From: Salinispira sp.
Lineage (GTDB): Bacteria > Spirochaetota > Spirochaetia > DSM-27196 > Salinispiraceae
Length of the DNA stretch: 64,000 nucleotides
Direction: 5' to 3'
Assembly (NCBI GenBank): GCA_965602015.1
Contig: OZ271918.1
Coordinates: 2,240,001 to 2,304,000 of the forward strand
In this document: one piece after another, positions 1 to 8,544 of the stretch
Position numbering within the stretch: position 1 is the stretch's first letter
Layout of the letters: each line of letters begins with the position of its first letter
Position numbers and translations under genes: made by a program
The notes under the pieces: model-generated
The model's input: only the letters and a program-made list of their open reading frames with translations
Told to the model about the DNA's origin: nothing
Databases searched by the model: none

Positions 1-752
1 GGGTTGCCGACGCCTACCGCAAAGTGAAAAACCTCGAGCGTTCCCAGTCCATTTATCTTTCGGTCCTCGATATGGAGCGAAATAACGCCTACGCCCTTAT
101 CGGTTTGGGTCATCTGCATTACGATTTTAAGAATTTCGATACCGCCCTGGGTTACTGGATGCGAATGTACGACATCCAGGGCGAGAGGGTCGATATCAGG
201 GTGCTCACCAGCATCGGGAACTGCCACCGCAAGCTGAAGCAGTTTGACATGGGCGTCGAGTTTTTTAGCCAGGCACTGGAGCGGGAGCCTCAGAATTTCT
301 ACGCCCTCTTCGGCCTGGCTGACTGCTACCGGGGTATGAACCGCCCGGATATGAGCCTTGAATACTGGAACCGTATTCTCCAGAAGGATCCGCATAACAA
401 GGTGATCCTCACCCGAGCGGGGGACGCCTACCGGCGACAGGATTTGCTCGATGAAGCCGAGGGCTGCTACCACCGAGCCCTGAACATCGAGTACGACAGC
501 TACGCAGTTTTAGGCCTTGCGTCTATCAACAAAATCAAAAAACGCTACGAGGAGGCGGCCCAAAGCCTCGAAGGCTTACTAAAAAATGAGGGCAGGATTT
601 ACAGGGTGTACCCCGAACTTATGGAATGCTACGTTAATCTGCGCAACAAGCATGCGGGCCGGGACCTGTGGATGAAATTCGAGCGGCTTCGGGGCATACA
701 GCCCCCCGTCCAACGGCAAATGAAGGATCTCAAAAGCAAACTCGGGGTATAA
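1..752 (+). CDS. Tetratricopeptide-repeat protein (5'-partial; frame is open from the window edge)
   Basis: Repeated TPR-like units (NAYALIGLGHLHY, NFYALFGLADCYR, NKVILTRAGDAYR). The frame upstream of 24 reads VADAYRK with no stop. Confidence 0.85.
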   Translation, partial: VADAYRKVKNLERSQSIYLSVLDMERNNAYALIGLGHLHYDFKNFDTALGYWMRMYDIQGERVDIRVLTSIGNCHRKLKQFDMGVEFFSQALEREPQNFYALFGLADCYRGMNRPDMSLEYWNRILQKDPHNKVILTRAGDAYRRQDLLDEAEGCYHRALNIEYDSYAVLGLASINKIKKRYEEAAQSLEGLLKNEGRIYRVYPELMECYVNLRNKHAGRDLWMKFERLRGIQPPVQRQMKDLKSKLGV

Positions 753-775
753 GCCCTGATGATTTCTTTAAATAC

Positions 776-805
776 GCGCCGGTTAGCATCGGCGCTTTTT
801 TTTTT
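776..805 (+). terminator. Intrinsic terminator after TPR gene
   Basis: GCGCCG...CGGCGC stem followed by T10. Confidence 0.75.
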
Positions 806-860
806 GCTCGGAAAAAGCCCCTGTCTTTTTTCCCGGCTTAGCTTAGAATAATAGTCATCT

Positions 861-2060
861 ATGATCAGTAAAAAACACCATGGGCGAATTCTCGACACCC
901 TGATTCAGAGCGATCTATTCTCCGGCAACAGCCGGGAAGAACTGGAAACCCTGGCGCCATATTTTACGCGGCAGCGCTATGAATCCGGGGACACGGTGCT
1001 CGAAGAATGCTCGCCGGAACGCACCATACTGCTTTTTTTATCCGGCTCGGTAGGCATTTACAAAAGCAGCGAGGGCTGCAGCGCCGAGGAGCCGGAGGGA
1101 CCTGGAGGAAACGAAAGTTCCTTTCTCATAGCCAGCCTCGGCCCCGGCGAGGTGCTGGGAGAAATGTCATTCCTCGAAGCGGGCCAGGGGCGCTCGGCTT
1201 CGGTGCGGGCCCTGGAGAGCTGCGAGCTGCTGGCTCTTTCATACGGGGAATTTTCCCGCTTCCAGAACAAAAACAGCAGAGCGGGGTTTTTCATAGTCAG
1301 CCGGCTGGCTTCGAGAATCAGCCAGCGCCTCCGGGCCCTGAATCAGGAGAAGGTGGAACAGCTTGAGCACCAACTCGAGGAGTCCCGCAGCCGGACCATG
1401 ATGGCCAGAATGATCAGTTATGTGATCCTGCTGCTGTTCGGCTATAACCTGAGTCTGCAGATCACCATGGAGTTGTCCCGCCAGACCTTTTATGCGAACA
1501 GCATCAGCTTCGCCATCGTGGCGATATTCGGCATCATGCTTCTGGTGCTGGCCCGCAGTACGGGGTACGGCTGGGAGGAGTACGGGCTGAGCACAAAGGG
1601 CTGGAGAGCGTCACTAGGTGAATCGGCGGTCTGGAGCCTGGCTGTTATGGCAGTCCTGACTATAGTAAAAATCGTGCTCATCGCCGCGGTGCCCCGGTAT
1701 GCCGACCTGCCCCTCTTCGGTCCCTTTGACGGGACCAGTTGGCTGCTGCCGGCCCTGTTTTATACCCTGCTCTCGCCGGTTCAGGAGTTCATCGCCAGGG
1801 GAGTGCTCCAGAGCAGCTTCGAGCGATTTTACGGTGAGAAAAACAGGGTATTTCTGTCGATTCTGATTTCCAACGCCTTGTTCAGCGCAGCCCATGTACA
1901 CCTGTCGTCGCTGTTCGCCGCGACGGTGTTTATCCCGGGTTTTTTATGGGGATATCTGTACCACCGGCATCGGACCATCATTGGCGTAAGCTTCTCCCAC
2001 ATCGTTATTGGCTTGTATGCGGTGTACGTACTGCGCTTTGTCATGATGGCTAACATGTAA
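861..2060 (+). CDS. Cyclic-nucleotide-binding domain fused to CPBP (Abi/CAAX type II) intramembrane metalloprotease domain
   Basis: N-terminal LGPGEVLGEMSFL...RSASVRALE (cNMP fold). C-terminal TM helices carry QEFIARG, FSAAH and SHIVIG motifs. Confidence 0.8.
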   Translation: MISKKHHGRILDTLIQSDLFSGNSREELETLAPYFTRQRYESGDTVLEECSPERTILLFLSGSVGIYKSSEGCSAEEPEGPGGNESSFLIASLGPGEVLGEMSFLEAGQGRSASVRALESCELLALSYGEFSRFQNKNSRAGFFIVSRLASRISQRLRALNQEKVEQLEHQLEESRSRTMMARMISYVILLLFGYNLSLQITMELSRQTFYANSISFAIVAIFGIMLLVLARSTGYGWEEYGLSTKGWRASLGESAVWSLAVMAVLTIVKIVLIAAVPRYADLPLFGPFDGTSWLLPALFYTLLSPVQEFIARGVLQSSFERFYGEKNRVFLSILISNALFSAAHVHLSSLFAATVFIPGFLWGYLYHRHRTIIGVSFSHIVIGLYAVYVLRFVMMANM

Positions 2061-2069
2061 ATCAGGGGT

Positions 2070-3062
2070 TCACCTCCTGCCCTGAGGATACTCATATCGT
2101 TCCCAATACCCTATAACCCGATCTGCGGAATCGAACACGCCGGTCATATAGATTCTCTTTTCCGGCTTGTTTGAGTAGCAGACCTCCTTTTCACCGGCCT
2201 CCAAGCGGGCAAAAATTTCGAGCATGGCTGCCTTGGACTGGGGGTTGTGGCATTCAAAAATCGAGCGGCCGACTAAGTCTCCTCTGTCTTCCCAGTATTC
2301 CCTGGCCGGCCGATTGACGTAGCGGATTATATGCTGGCAATCAACGAATACCACCGGATCGGGAAAACTCTCAAGAATTCCCGCAAGCACAGGACTATCC
2401 GGCATATTTTTGCCAGCAGCGGCGGATTCCCGGTTTTCATCTCCCTCTGCAGCGCTGGTTTTTGCCGGAGACTCGGGGAAACCCGCAATGGACTCATCGA
2501 TCAGATCGGCGGTAATAAGAAGCTCATTGCCAAACGGATCGGTAAGAGCGGCGAACAGGAGAGGGACATACATAATCTCCTCGCTGGGCTCCGGGCCGGA
2601 GGCGCCGGCATCAATAAAGGCCTGTCGCAGTGCCAGGGCTTCTGATCGGCTTTTCATGTGGAACTGAAGCTCAACGCGCCTGCACGCCAACGAACTGCCC
2701 GAGGCGTTGTTTCCCGATCCGCCGGCAGTTCCGCCTGTGCTGGCAACTTCGGCGGCTTTAGCGGCCGGGGCCGCGGTTTGGGCTTCACCGCCTGCACCGG
2801 CATCGGCCTGCGGACCGGCTGCGCCGGCAGCTTCGGCAGCTTCGGCAGCTTCTGCGGGAAACAGGGTTAACCATGTGGGACCGATTTTCCAGCCGCGGGT
2901 AAAGCGTCCCTCAACGTACTGGGGAGGCCCCAGTGCCCGGGAATAAAACTCCAGGGCTTTTGGATAGTCCGGAGTATACAGGGCGGCGCTTAATCCCCGG
3001 ACAAACTGATAGCGGGGTTTGCTCTCGGTGAAATACTCATTTTTATACTCTTCATAGGTCAC
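2070..3062 (-). CDS. VOC/glyoxalase-like domain fused to a C-terminal PAS domain, with Ala/Gly-rich insert
   Basis: DYPKALEFYSRALG and LTDPFGNELLI (VOC); ILESFPDPVVFVDCQHIIRYVN...LVGRSIFECH (PAS). Confidence 0.65.
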   Translation of the reverse strand: MTYEEYKNEYFTESKPRYQFVRGLSAALYTPDYPKALEFYSRALGPPQYVEGRFTRGWKIGPTWLTLFPAEAAEAAEAAGAAGPQADAGAGGEAQTAAPAAKAAEVASTGGTAGGSGNNASGSSLACRRVELQFHMKSRSEALALRQAFIDAGASGPEPSEEIMYVPLLFAALTDPFGNELLITADLIDESIAGFPESPAKTSAAEGDENRESAAAGKNMPDSPVLAGILESFPDPVVFVDCQHIIRYVNRPAREYWEDRGDLVGRSIFECHNPQSKAAMLEIFARLEAGEKEVCYSNKPEKRIYMTGVFDSADRVIGYWERYEYPQGRR

Positions 3063-3210
3063 GGTGCTGCCTCCCGGTTAAAAAAAAATCGCTGGTTATC
3101 ACAATTTTACCCAATTTTATGAATATATGATACGCTCCTGTGGTACTGCCACTGTTTCCCGCCGGTTGCCGCAAGGCTATGGGCAAGGGACAGGTTTTTA
3201 AGGAGACCAC

Positions 3211-3849
3211 ATGTTTGCACTGCCGTTTTTTATCACCGCCAGCATAATCGGGGTCGGGGTCACCCTGATCGATATTATGTTTGATTTCAGCGAAAATGAC
3301 TCGGAGGCTGACGGCGGGGGCGATGCTGACGGCGCTGGTGATGTCGACGCGGTTGATGCCGACGCCGGGGATCCCGACGGTCTTTCCGATGATTCGGGTG
3401 ACGACCCGTCGCTCATCGGGCACGACCGAAGAAGCGGCGGTGCGTTCATCCGCCTGGTCTCCGCCGCCCGGCATCTGGTGTACTTCTTCCTGGGTTTTGG
3501 TCCGGTGGGAATCGCCGCTACCCTCAGCGGCCTCGGCGGCTCCGCATTAATCCTCTGGCCACTGGCTGCGGGAATAGGGGCCGACGTCATTGGCATTTCC
3601 CTTCGCGGCCTGATGAAAAAAGAGCTGAATTCCAGTTTTACCCGGGCCGACCTGATTATGTGCAATGCCACCGTTTTGGTATCCATCATGCCCGGAGAGC
3701 TGGGCAAGGTGCGGGTGAAGGTCGGGGGAGCCTATTCTGACCGCTATGCTAAATTTAAAGACGATTCGGCATCGGCCAAACCGGGGGATGTGCTCCTGGT
3801 GGTGGATGTGGATGATGAATATTTGATCTGCGAAAAGGAGGACGCATGA
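3211..3849 (+). CDS. NfeD-like (YqiJ/YuaF-type) membrane protein
   Basis: TM helices, Asp-rich linker and C-terminal OB-like GKVRVKVGG...VLLVVDVD. AAGGAG RBS; overlaps the flotillin start. Confidence 0.7.
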   Translation: MFALPFFITASIIGVGVTLIDIMFDFSENDSEADGGGDADGAGDVDAVDADAGDPDGLSDDSGDDPSLIGHDRRSGGAFIRLVSAARHLVYFFLGFGPVGIAATLSGLGGSALILWPLAAGIGADVIGISLRGLMKKELNSSFTRADLIMCNATVLVSIMPGELGKVRVKVGGAYSDRYAKFKDDSASAKPGDVLLVVDVDDEYLICEKEDA

Positions 3850-5165
3850 TTTACGTGGGATCGCTGCCCTTGTCGAGTATTTTGTACGGCGTCGGGGGCA
3901 TCATTGGTTTTTTCCTGCTTGTGGGAATTCTCTCGGCCATCTTAAAGGTCGAACTGCCCAACAAGCTGATGGTAATCACCGGCCGGAAGAGCAAACTGGG
4001 TGAAAAGACCTTCGGCTTTTCTGTTCAACGGGGTCGCACCGCGGTGGTTCCCTATCTGCAAAGCAAGGGCACCCTCGATATGGAGATCATCCCGATAAAT
4101 GTCCGGGTAGACGGGGTGAACAGCGCCAACGGAATTTCCGTGGGAGCCGACGCCACGGCATGCGTGTGCATCGATGATGACGATGAAGGCATGATTTACG
4201 CCAGCGTCGAACGGCTCATGGGCAAGAGCACCGAACAAATCAAGGAACAGGTCAAGCAAACTCTCATTGGCAACTTTCGGGGCGCATTGAACAAGGCCAC
4301 TCCCCTTGAGGCTATCGGCATGACCGAGACAAACATCGAAACCGATGCCTCCCAGGCCATAGACCAGGGCGAGCGGGCCCAATTCCGCGCGGAACTGGTG
4401 GACGACATCAACTCAGACCTCTCGAGTTTTGGCATGAAGGTGGTATCGGTCTCCCTGCAAAAGATTTGGGACGGATCGAATTACATCGGCAACCTGGCGC
4501 AGAAAACCCTGGCTTCCAAGCGAAAGGAAGTGGAAATTCGTGAAGCAGAGCTTCGGGCCGATGCGGAAAAAGCCGAAAGCGACAGCGCCAAGCGCATCGA
4601 AGTGGCAAAAAGCGAAGCAGACCGGAAAATCGTCGCAGCCCAGGAAGCCCTTGAAGTATACCGGAGGGAAGCCGAGGCCCTGATCGACCGGACCAAACGG
4701 GAGGCGGTTCAACGGGTGGCCACCAGCGAAAACCGCGGGCAGACCCAGGTTCAAAAGGTGAAGAACGAACTGCAGAAGCTCCTAAACCAGTCGAAGGTAA
4801 CCCTGGAAGAAAGCGCCCGGCAAAAAGCGGCTGAAATCATCGCATCGGGCGAACAGGAGGCGGTGGCAATAAAGGAAGGAGCCCGTAACCGCATCCTTAG
4901 CCAGAAAGCGGAAATTCTCAAGAAAATGGGAACCGGCGCCAAGGCGGTGCTCTTTATTCAGCAGCAGCTTCCCCACCTCTACAAGGCGTATCAGGATTAT
5001 GCAAAACAGATGGGTATAAGCAATTACCTGATTCTGGACGACGAGGACGGATTCAACAAAGCGGTGAATAGGGGCCCCAAGGCCTTCGCCGACTTTGTGT
5101 CTGAATTCGAGCGGGTGATGGGCATGCGCATAAAGGACTATCTCTCATCAGGAGCAGATTCATGA
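3846..5165 (+). CDS. SPFH/flotillin-family protein 1
   Basis: N-terminal TM, SPFH region (LMVITGR, TLIGNFRG, DLSSFGMKVVSVSLQKI) and Ala/Glu coiled coil. Confidence 0.85.
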   Translation: MIYVGSLPLSSILYGVGGIIGFFLLVGILSAILKVELPNKLMVITGRKSKLGEKTFGFSVQRGRTAVVPYLQSKGTLDMEIIPINVRVDGVNSANGISVGADATACVCIDDDDEGMIYASVERLMGKSTEQIKEQVKQTLIGNFRGALNKATPLEAIGMTETNIETDASQAIDQGERAQFRAELVDDINSDLSSFGMKVVSVSLQKIWDGSNYIGNLAQKTLASKRKEVEIREAELRADAEKAESDSAKRIEVAKSEADRKIVAAQEALEVYRREAEALIDRTKREAVQRVATSENRGQTQVQKVKNELQKLLNQSKVTLEESARQKAAEIIASGEQEAVAIKEGARNRILSQKAEILKKMGTGAKAVLFIQQQLPHLYKAYQDYAKQMGISNYLILDDEDGFNKAVNRGPKAFADFVSEFERVMGMRIKDYLSSGADS

Positions 5166-6499
5166 TCATATTTACCATCGTATTATTCGGCCTCATAGCC
5201 TTGACGGTGATCTATCAGCTTATCACCAAGATGAAGATTGTCGGGGGAAACCAGCTCGGCGTCATTTCAGGCGCAGGCGACAAGGGATTTCGTTTTTTAT
5301 CAGGTGGCCGGGCATTTATTATCCCCCTGCTGAACAAGTTCGACACCCTCGACCTCACCCCCTACACCATCGAAGTACGGGTTGAAAGCGCCATCGCGGC
5401 GGGAGTGGTGCCGCTTAATGTCACGGCGACGGTGAGTTTCGCCATAGCCACCAATGAAGCCGGCCGGCGCCGGGCCTTGACCCGTATTCTCAAAATGGCC
5501 AAGAACTGGGAGCGGCTTAAGTCGGTGGCAAACGACATCATCGAAGGCCATTTGAGGGACTCCATCGCCTCCATTACCCCGGAGCAGGTAATGAAGGACA
5601 AAGACACGTTAGTGGCGAAAATGATAAACGCCTGCAAAAGCGACCTGGAGAACATCGGCCTTTCCATAACCACCATGAACATCGCAGATGTCGACGATCA
5701 CCGATTGGAGGGAGTGGAAGAGCCGGATCTCTACATCGCCCTTTTGAAACGGGTAATGACCGCCAGCGCCGAGACCAAGGCCAGAACAGCCATAGCGGAA
5801 GCCGATGCCGCCGCTGCGGAAGAGCGGGAGACCCGCAGGGCCGAAGTACAGGTTCGCAGCCTCGAGAACGAGCTCGAAAAATTAAAGGCCCAGACCGAAC
5901 TGCTCGTTGCCCGGGAACTGCAAAACGAAATCGTCGGCGTAAAACAGGCCGAACAGCAGGCCCAGGCCGAAGCTGCAGGATACGAGCAAAACGTTCTGGC
6001 GGAAAAGGAAAACATTGCCCGGCTTGCCACCCAGTACGAGGCGGAAATCGTCACCCCGGCGCTCGCCGAAAAAGAGAAAACCATCCTTGAAGCCCGGGCG
6101 GAAGCCAGCGGCTACAGCGCGAAGGCCCAGGGAGAGCTGGATCAGATGGCCGAAACGCTGAAGATCATCGAGCAAAGCGGGCGGGCGGGAAGCGACGCAT
6201 TTATCATCGAAAACTTCGAAAAGCTCATTACCCCCTTCGCCGATACCATGGCCATGTTCCCCGTTGAGAATCTCTCGGTAATCAGCGGCGCCGAGGGCCG
6301 GAGGGAGCCCATAGGCCCCTTTCATCCCCATGCCCTGGAAATGGGTAAAAACGATATTCTGGCGGCAGCCCTGGCCCAGGCCGGCGCAGGTCACCCGGGT
6401 GTAGCCCCCCAATCCACCGTCGGCGCAACGGCACACAACGCGGCAGACAATGCCGAAGGCTCAGCGCCGGCGGAAACTAAAGGAAAGACCAATGATTAA
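5162..6499 (+). CDS. SPFH/flotillin-family protein 2
   Basis: GGRAFIIP, IIEGHLRDSIASITPEQ, DLENIGLSITTMNIADV and EA-rich coiled coil. ATGA overlap with the previous gene. Confidence 0.85.
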   Translation: MIIFTIVLFGLIALTVIYQLITKMKIVGGNQLGVISGAGDKGFRFLSGGRAFIIPLLNKFDTLDLTPYTIEVRVESAIAAGVVPLNVTATVSFAIATNEAGRRRALTRILKMAKNWERLKSVANDIIEGHLRDSIASITPEQVMKDKDTLVAKMINACKSDLENIGLSITTMNIADVDDHRLEGVEEPDLYIALLKRVMTASAETKARTAIAEADAAAAEERETRRAEVQVRSLENELEKLKAQTELLVARELQNEIVGVKQAEQQAQAEAAGYEQNVLAEKENIARLATQYEAEIVTPALAEKEKTILEARAEASGYSAKAQGELDQMAETLKIIEQSGRAGSDAFIIENFEKLITPFADTMAMFPVENLSVISGAEGRREPIGPFHPHALEMGKNDILAAALAQAGAGHPGVAPQSTVGATAHNAADNAEGSAPAETKGKTND

Positions 6500-6968
6500 C
6501 AGCACTGCCCGGCGACTCGTCTGCGTTCTCGCGCTTTTTATTCTGGCCGCCTCATTTGCTGCAGCCCAGAGCAATCCGGAAACGGGCTCCCAGCGATTTG
6601 CCCTTACCCCGTACGCCGGGCTCTACGCCACTGTGTTCACCACCGAGCCGTCGCTGGTAGATGGTCTCGGCCTGGCCGCCGGAGTCAAGGCGGATTACAG
6701 GATCTGGAAAAGCCTGCGCCTGGGCGCCGGGCTTGGTGTAGCGGCGATGCTCGACCAGGCCGAGGTCAGGCCCCTTGCTCTGTATTCGCTCCTCGTGGGC
6801 CTGGAACTGGGAACAGACACGGTGATAGGTCTGGAGCTCGGATTTTTGCCGGGGCTGTCGCTCAGCCTCGGCACCCATCACTTCGGTCTGTCGCTTTTGC
6901 CAATCTACATGACAAGCGGCGGCAGTACGGCGCTTATTATCAGCTACGGGTACCGGTTCTTTTTGTAG
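6492..6968 (+). CDS. Secreted hypothetical protein, possible small outer-membrane beta-barrel
   Basis: ATG at 6492 overlaps the flotillin stop. Signal peptide (FAAAQ), alternating hydrophobic strands and aromatic C-terminus YGYRFFL. Confidence 0.5.
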   Translation: MINSTARRLVCVLALFILAASFAAAQSNPETGSQRFALTPYAGLYATVFTTEPSLVDGLGLAAGVKADYRIWKSLRLGAGLGVAAMLDQAEVRPLALYSLLVGLELGTDTVIGLELGFLPGLSLSLGTHHFGLSLLPIYMTSGGSTALIISYGYRFFL

Positions 6969-7022
6969 GAACCGACCCGGGTTTCTGCAGACAGACGCCG
7001 CCGACGGGCGTATAGTAAAGGG

Positions 7023-7223
7023 ATGGACAAAGGCGCAGTTCGCGAAACCTACGACCATCTCGCTCCTCAGCTGATTCCCTGGCTCATGGATTCCGATCCA
7101 TGGGTCAGGTACAATTGCCGGCGGCATCTGCTCGAAGCTGATCCCCAGATTGATGACATAATTCGGGATGTCTCTTCCTATACCGACGGTGCTTTGTTTA
7201 CGATGGAGCAGCTAATCAGATGA
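7023..7223 (+). pseudogene. Short ORF, probable gene relic
   Basis: 66 aa. LIPWLMDSDPWVRY resembles the N-terminus of prenyltransferase/squalene-cyclase-like proteins, but the ORF stops early. Confidence 0.3.
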
Positions 7224-8470
7224 AAAATTCCAAAAGCATCCAGGGGGTATACCTGAGCCTCACCCTGTTTTCAACCCTGGCAACCTCGTTTATTTGGGGG
7301 ATAAATACTCTGTTCCTCCTGGATGCCGGTTTATCAAACGCCGAGGCCTTCGCGGCTAATGCGTTTTTTACCCTGGGAATGGTCATTTTCGAAATCCCCA
7401 CGGGCGTTGTGGCAGACCTCTGGGGACGCAAGGCCTCGTTTCTCCTGGGAACCATAATTCTGCTCTTATCGACTGTTCTCTATTTGTTTATGTGGCAGAT
7501 TCAGGCCGGCCTATGGGGCTGGGCTCTCAGCTCGGCGATCCTCGGGCTGGGGTTTACATTTTTCTCCGGAGCCACCGAAGCCTGGCTGGTCGACGCCCTG
7601 GCATTCACGGGTTTTGCGGGAAATCTTGAAGACGTGTTCGCCCGGGGGCAGATTGTCAACGGCAGCGCCATGCTCGTCGGATCCGTTGCCGGAGGCTACA
7701 TAGCACAGCTAACACACATCGGCGTCCCCTACATTATGAGAGCCGGAACCCTCGGCATTACCTTCATCATCGCCCTGTTTTTTATGAAGGATCTGGGTTT
7801 TACTCCCGAAAAAGGCGTGCGGCCTTTGGTCAAGATGCGTCGAATTCTATCGGCGTCCCTCGATGGGGGAATAAGGAACCGGCCCGTGCGCTGGGTTATG
7901 CTTATGGGTCCGTTCACCATGGGCGTGGGCATGTTTGCGTTCTACGCCATGCAGCCCTATTTGCTTGAACTGTACGGCCGTGGTCAGGCGTACGGAATAG
8001 CCGGTCTGGCAGCTGCGATAATCGCCGGTTCGCAAATCGCCGGCGGGTTCCTTTCCAGCCTGATCCGCCGCGTGTTCTCGCGCAGGACGACGGCGATTAT
8101 TGCCATCACAATAATAAGCAGCATTTCTCTCATCGTCATCGGACTGGCGGGTAATTTCTGGGCCGCCCTGGGAATGCTCGTTGTCTGGGCCATGTGCGCC
8201 GCCGCCATACGTCCGGTGCGCCAAACCTACCTCAACGGACTAATTTCCTCCGCCGAGCGGGCGACGGTGCTGTCTTTCGATTCTCTTATTTCATCGACCG
8301 GGGGCGTGGTCAGCCAGCCCGTCCTGGGACGGGTGGCGGATCTATACGGGTATTCGGCCTCCTATGTGGTCACCGGTCTGATTCAAATTCTCGCATTGCC
8401 CTTCGGGATCCTGGCCCGTCGGGAAAATCCCTCCTCGGACCGCATTAGCCGAAGCCCTCGAAGCACATAG
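7220..8470 (+). CDS. MFS transporter
   Basis: About 12 TM helices; FEIPTGVVADLWGRK (motif A), ERATVLSFDSL. Confidence 0.9.
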   Translation: MKNSKSIQGVYLSLTLFSTLATSFIWGINTLFLLDAGLSNAEAFAANAFFTLGMVIFEIPTGVVADLWGRKASFLLGTIILLLSTVLYLFMWQIQAGLWGWALSSAILGLGFTFFSGATEAWLVDALAFTGFAGNLEDVFARGQIVNGSAMLVGSVAGGYIAQLTHIGVPYIMRAGTLGITFIIALFFMKDLGFTPEKGVRPLVKMRRILSASLDGGIRNRPVRWVMLMGPFTMGVGMFAFYAMQPYLLELYGRGQAYGIAGLAAAIIAGSQIAGGFLSSLIRRVFSRRTTAIIAITIISSISLIVIGLAGNFWAALGMLVVWAMCAAAIRPVRQTYLNGLISSAERATVLSFDSLISSTGGVVSQPVLGRVADLYGYSASYVVTGLIQILALPFGILARRENPSSDRISRSPRST

Positions 8471-8544
8471 GTCCCTGCCGTCGCGGCTGACCGCCGGCCG
8501 GCGGCTTCCTGTCCCGCGGTAAAAAAAAGACGTATACTGTTAGA

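Noticed and set aside
861..2060. cNMP-CPBP protein as an anti-phage effector
   Set aside because: No cyclase or defence genes adjacent, and the Abi family name alone is not evidence.
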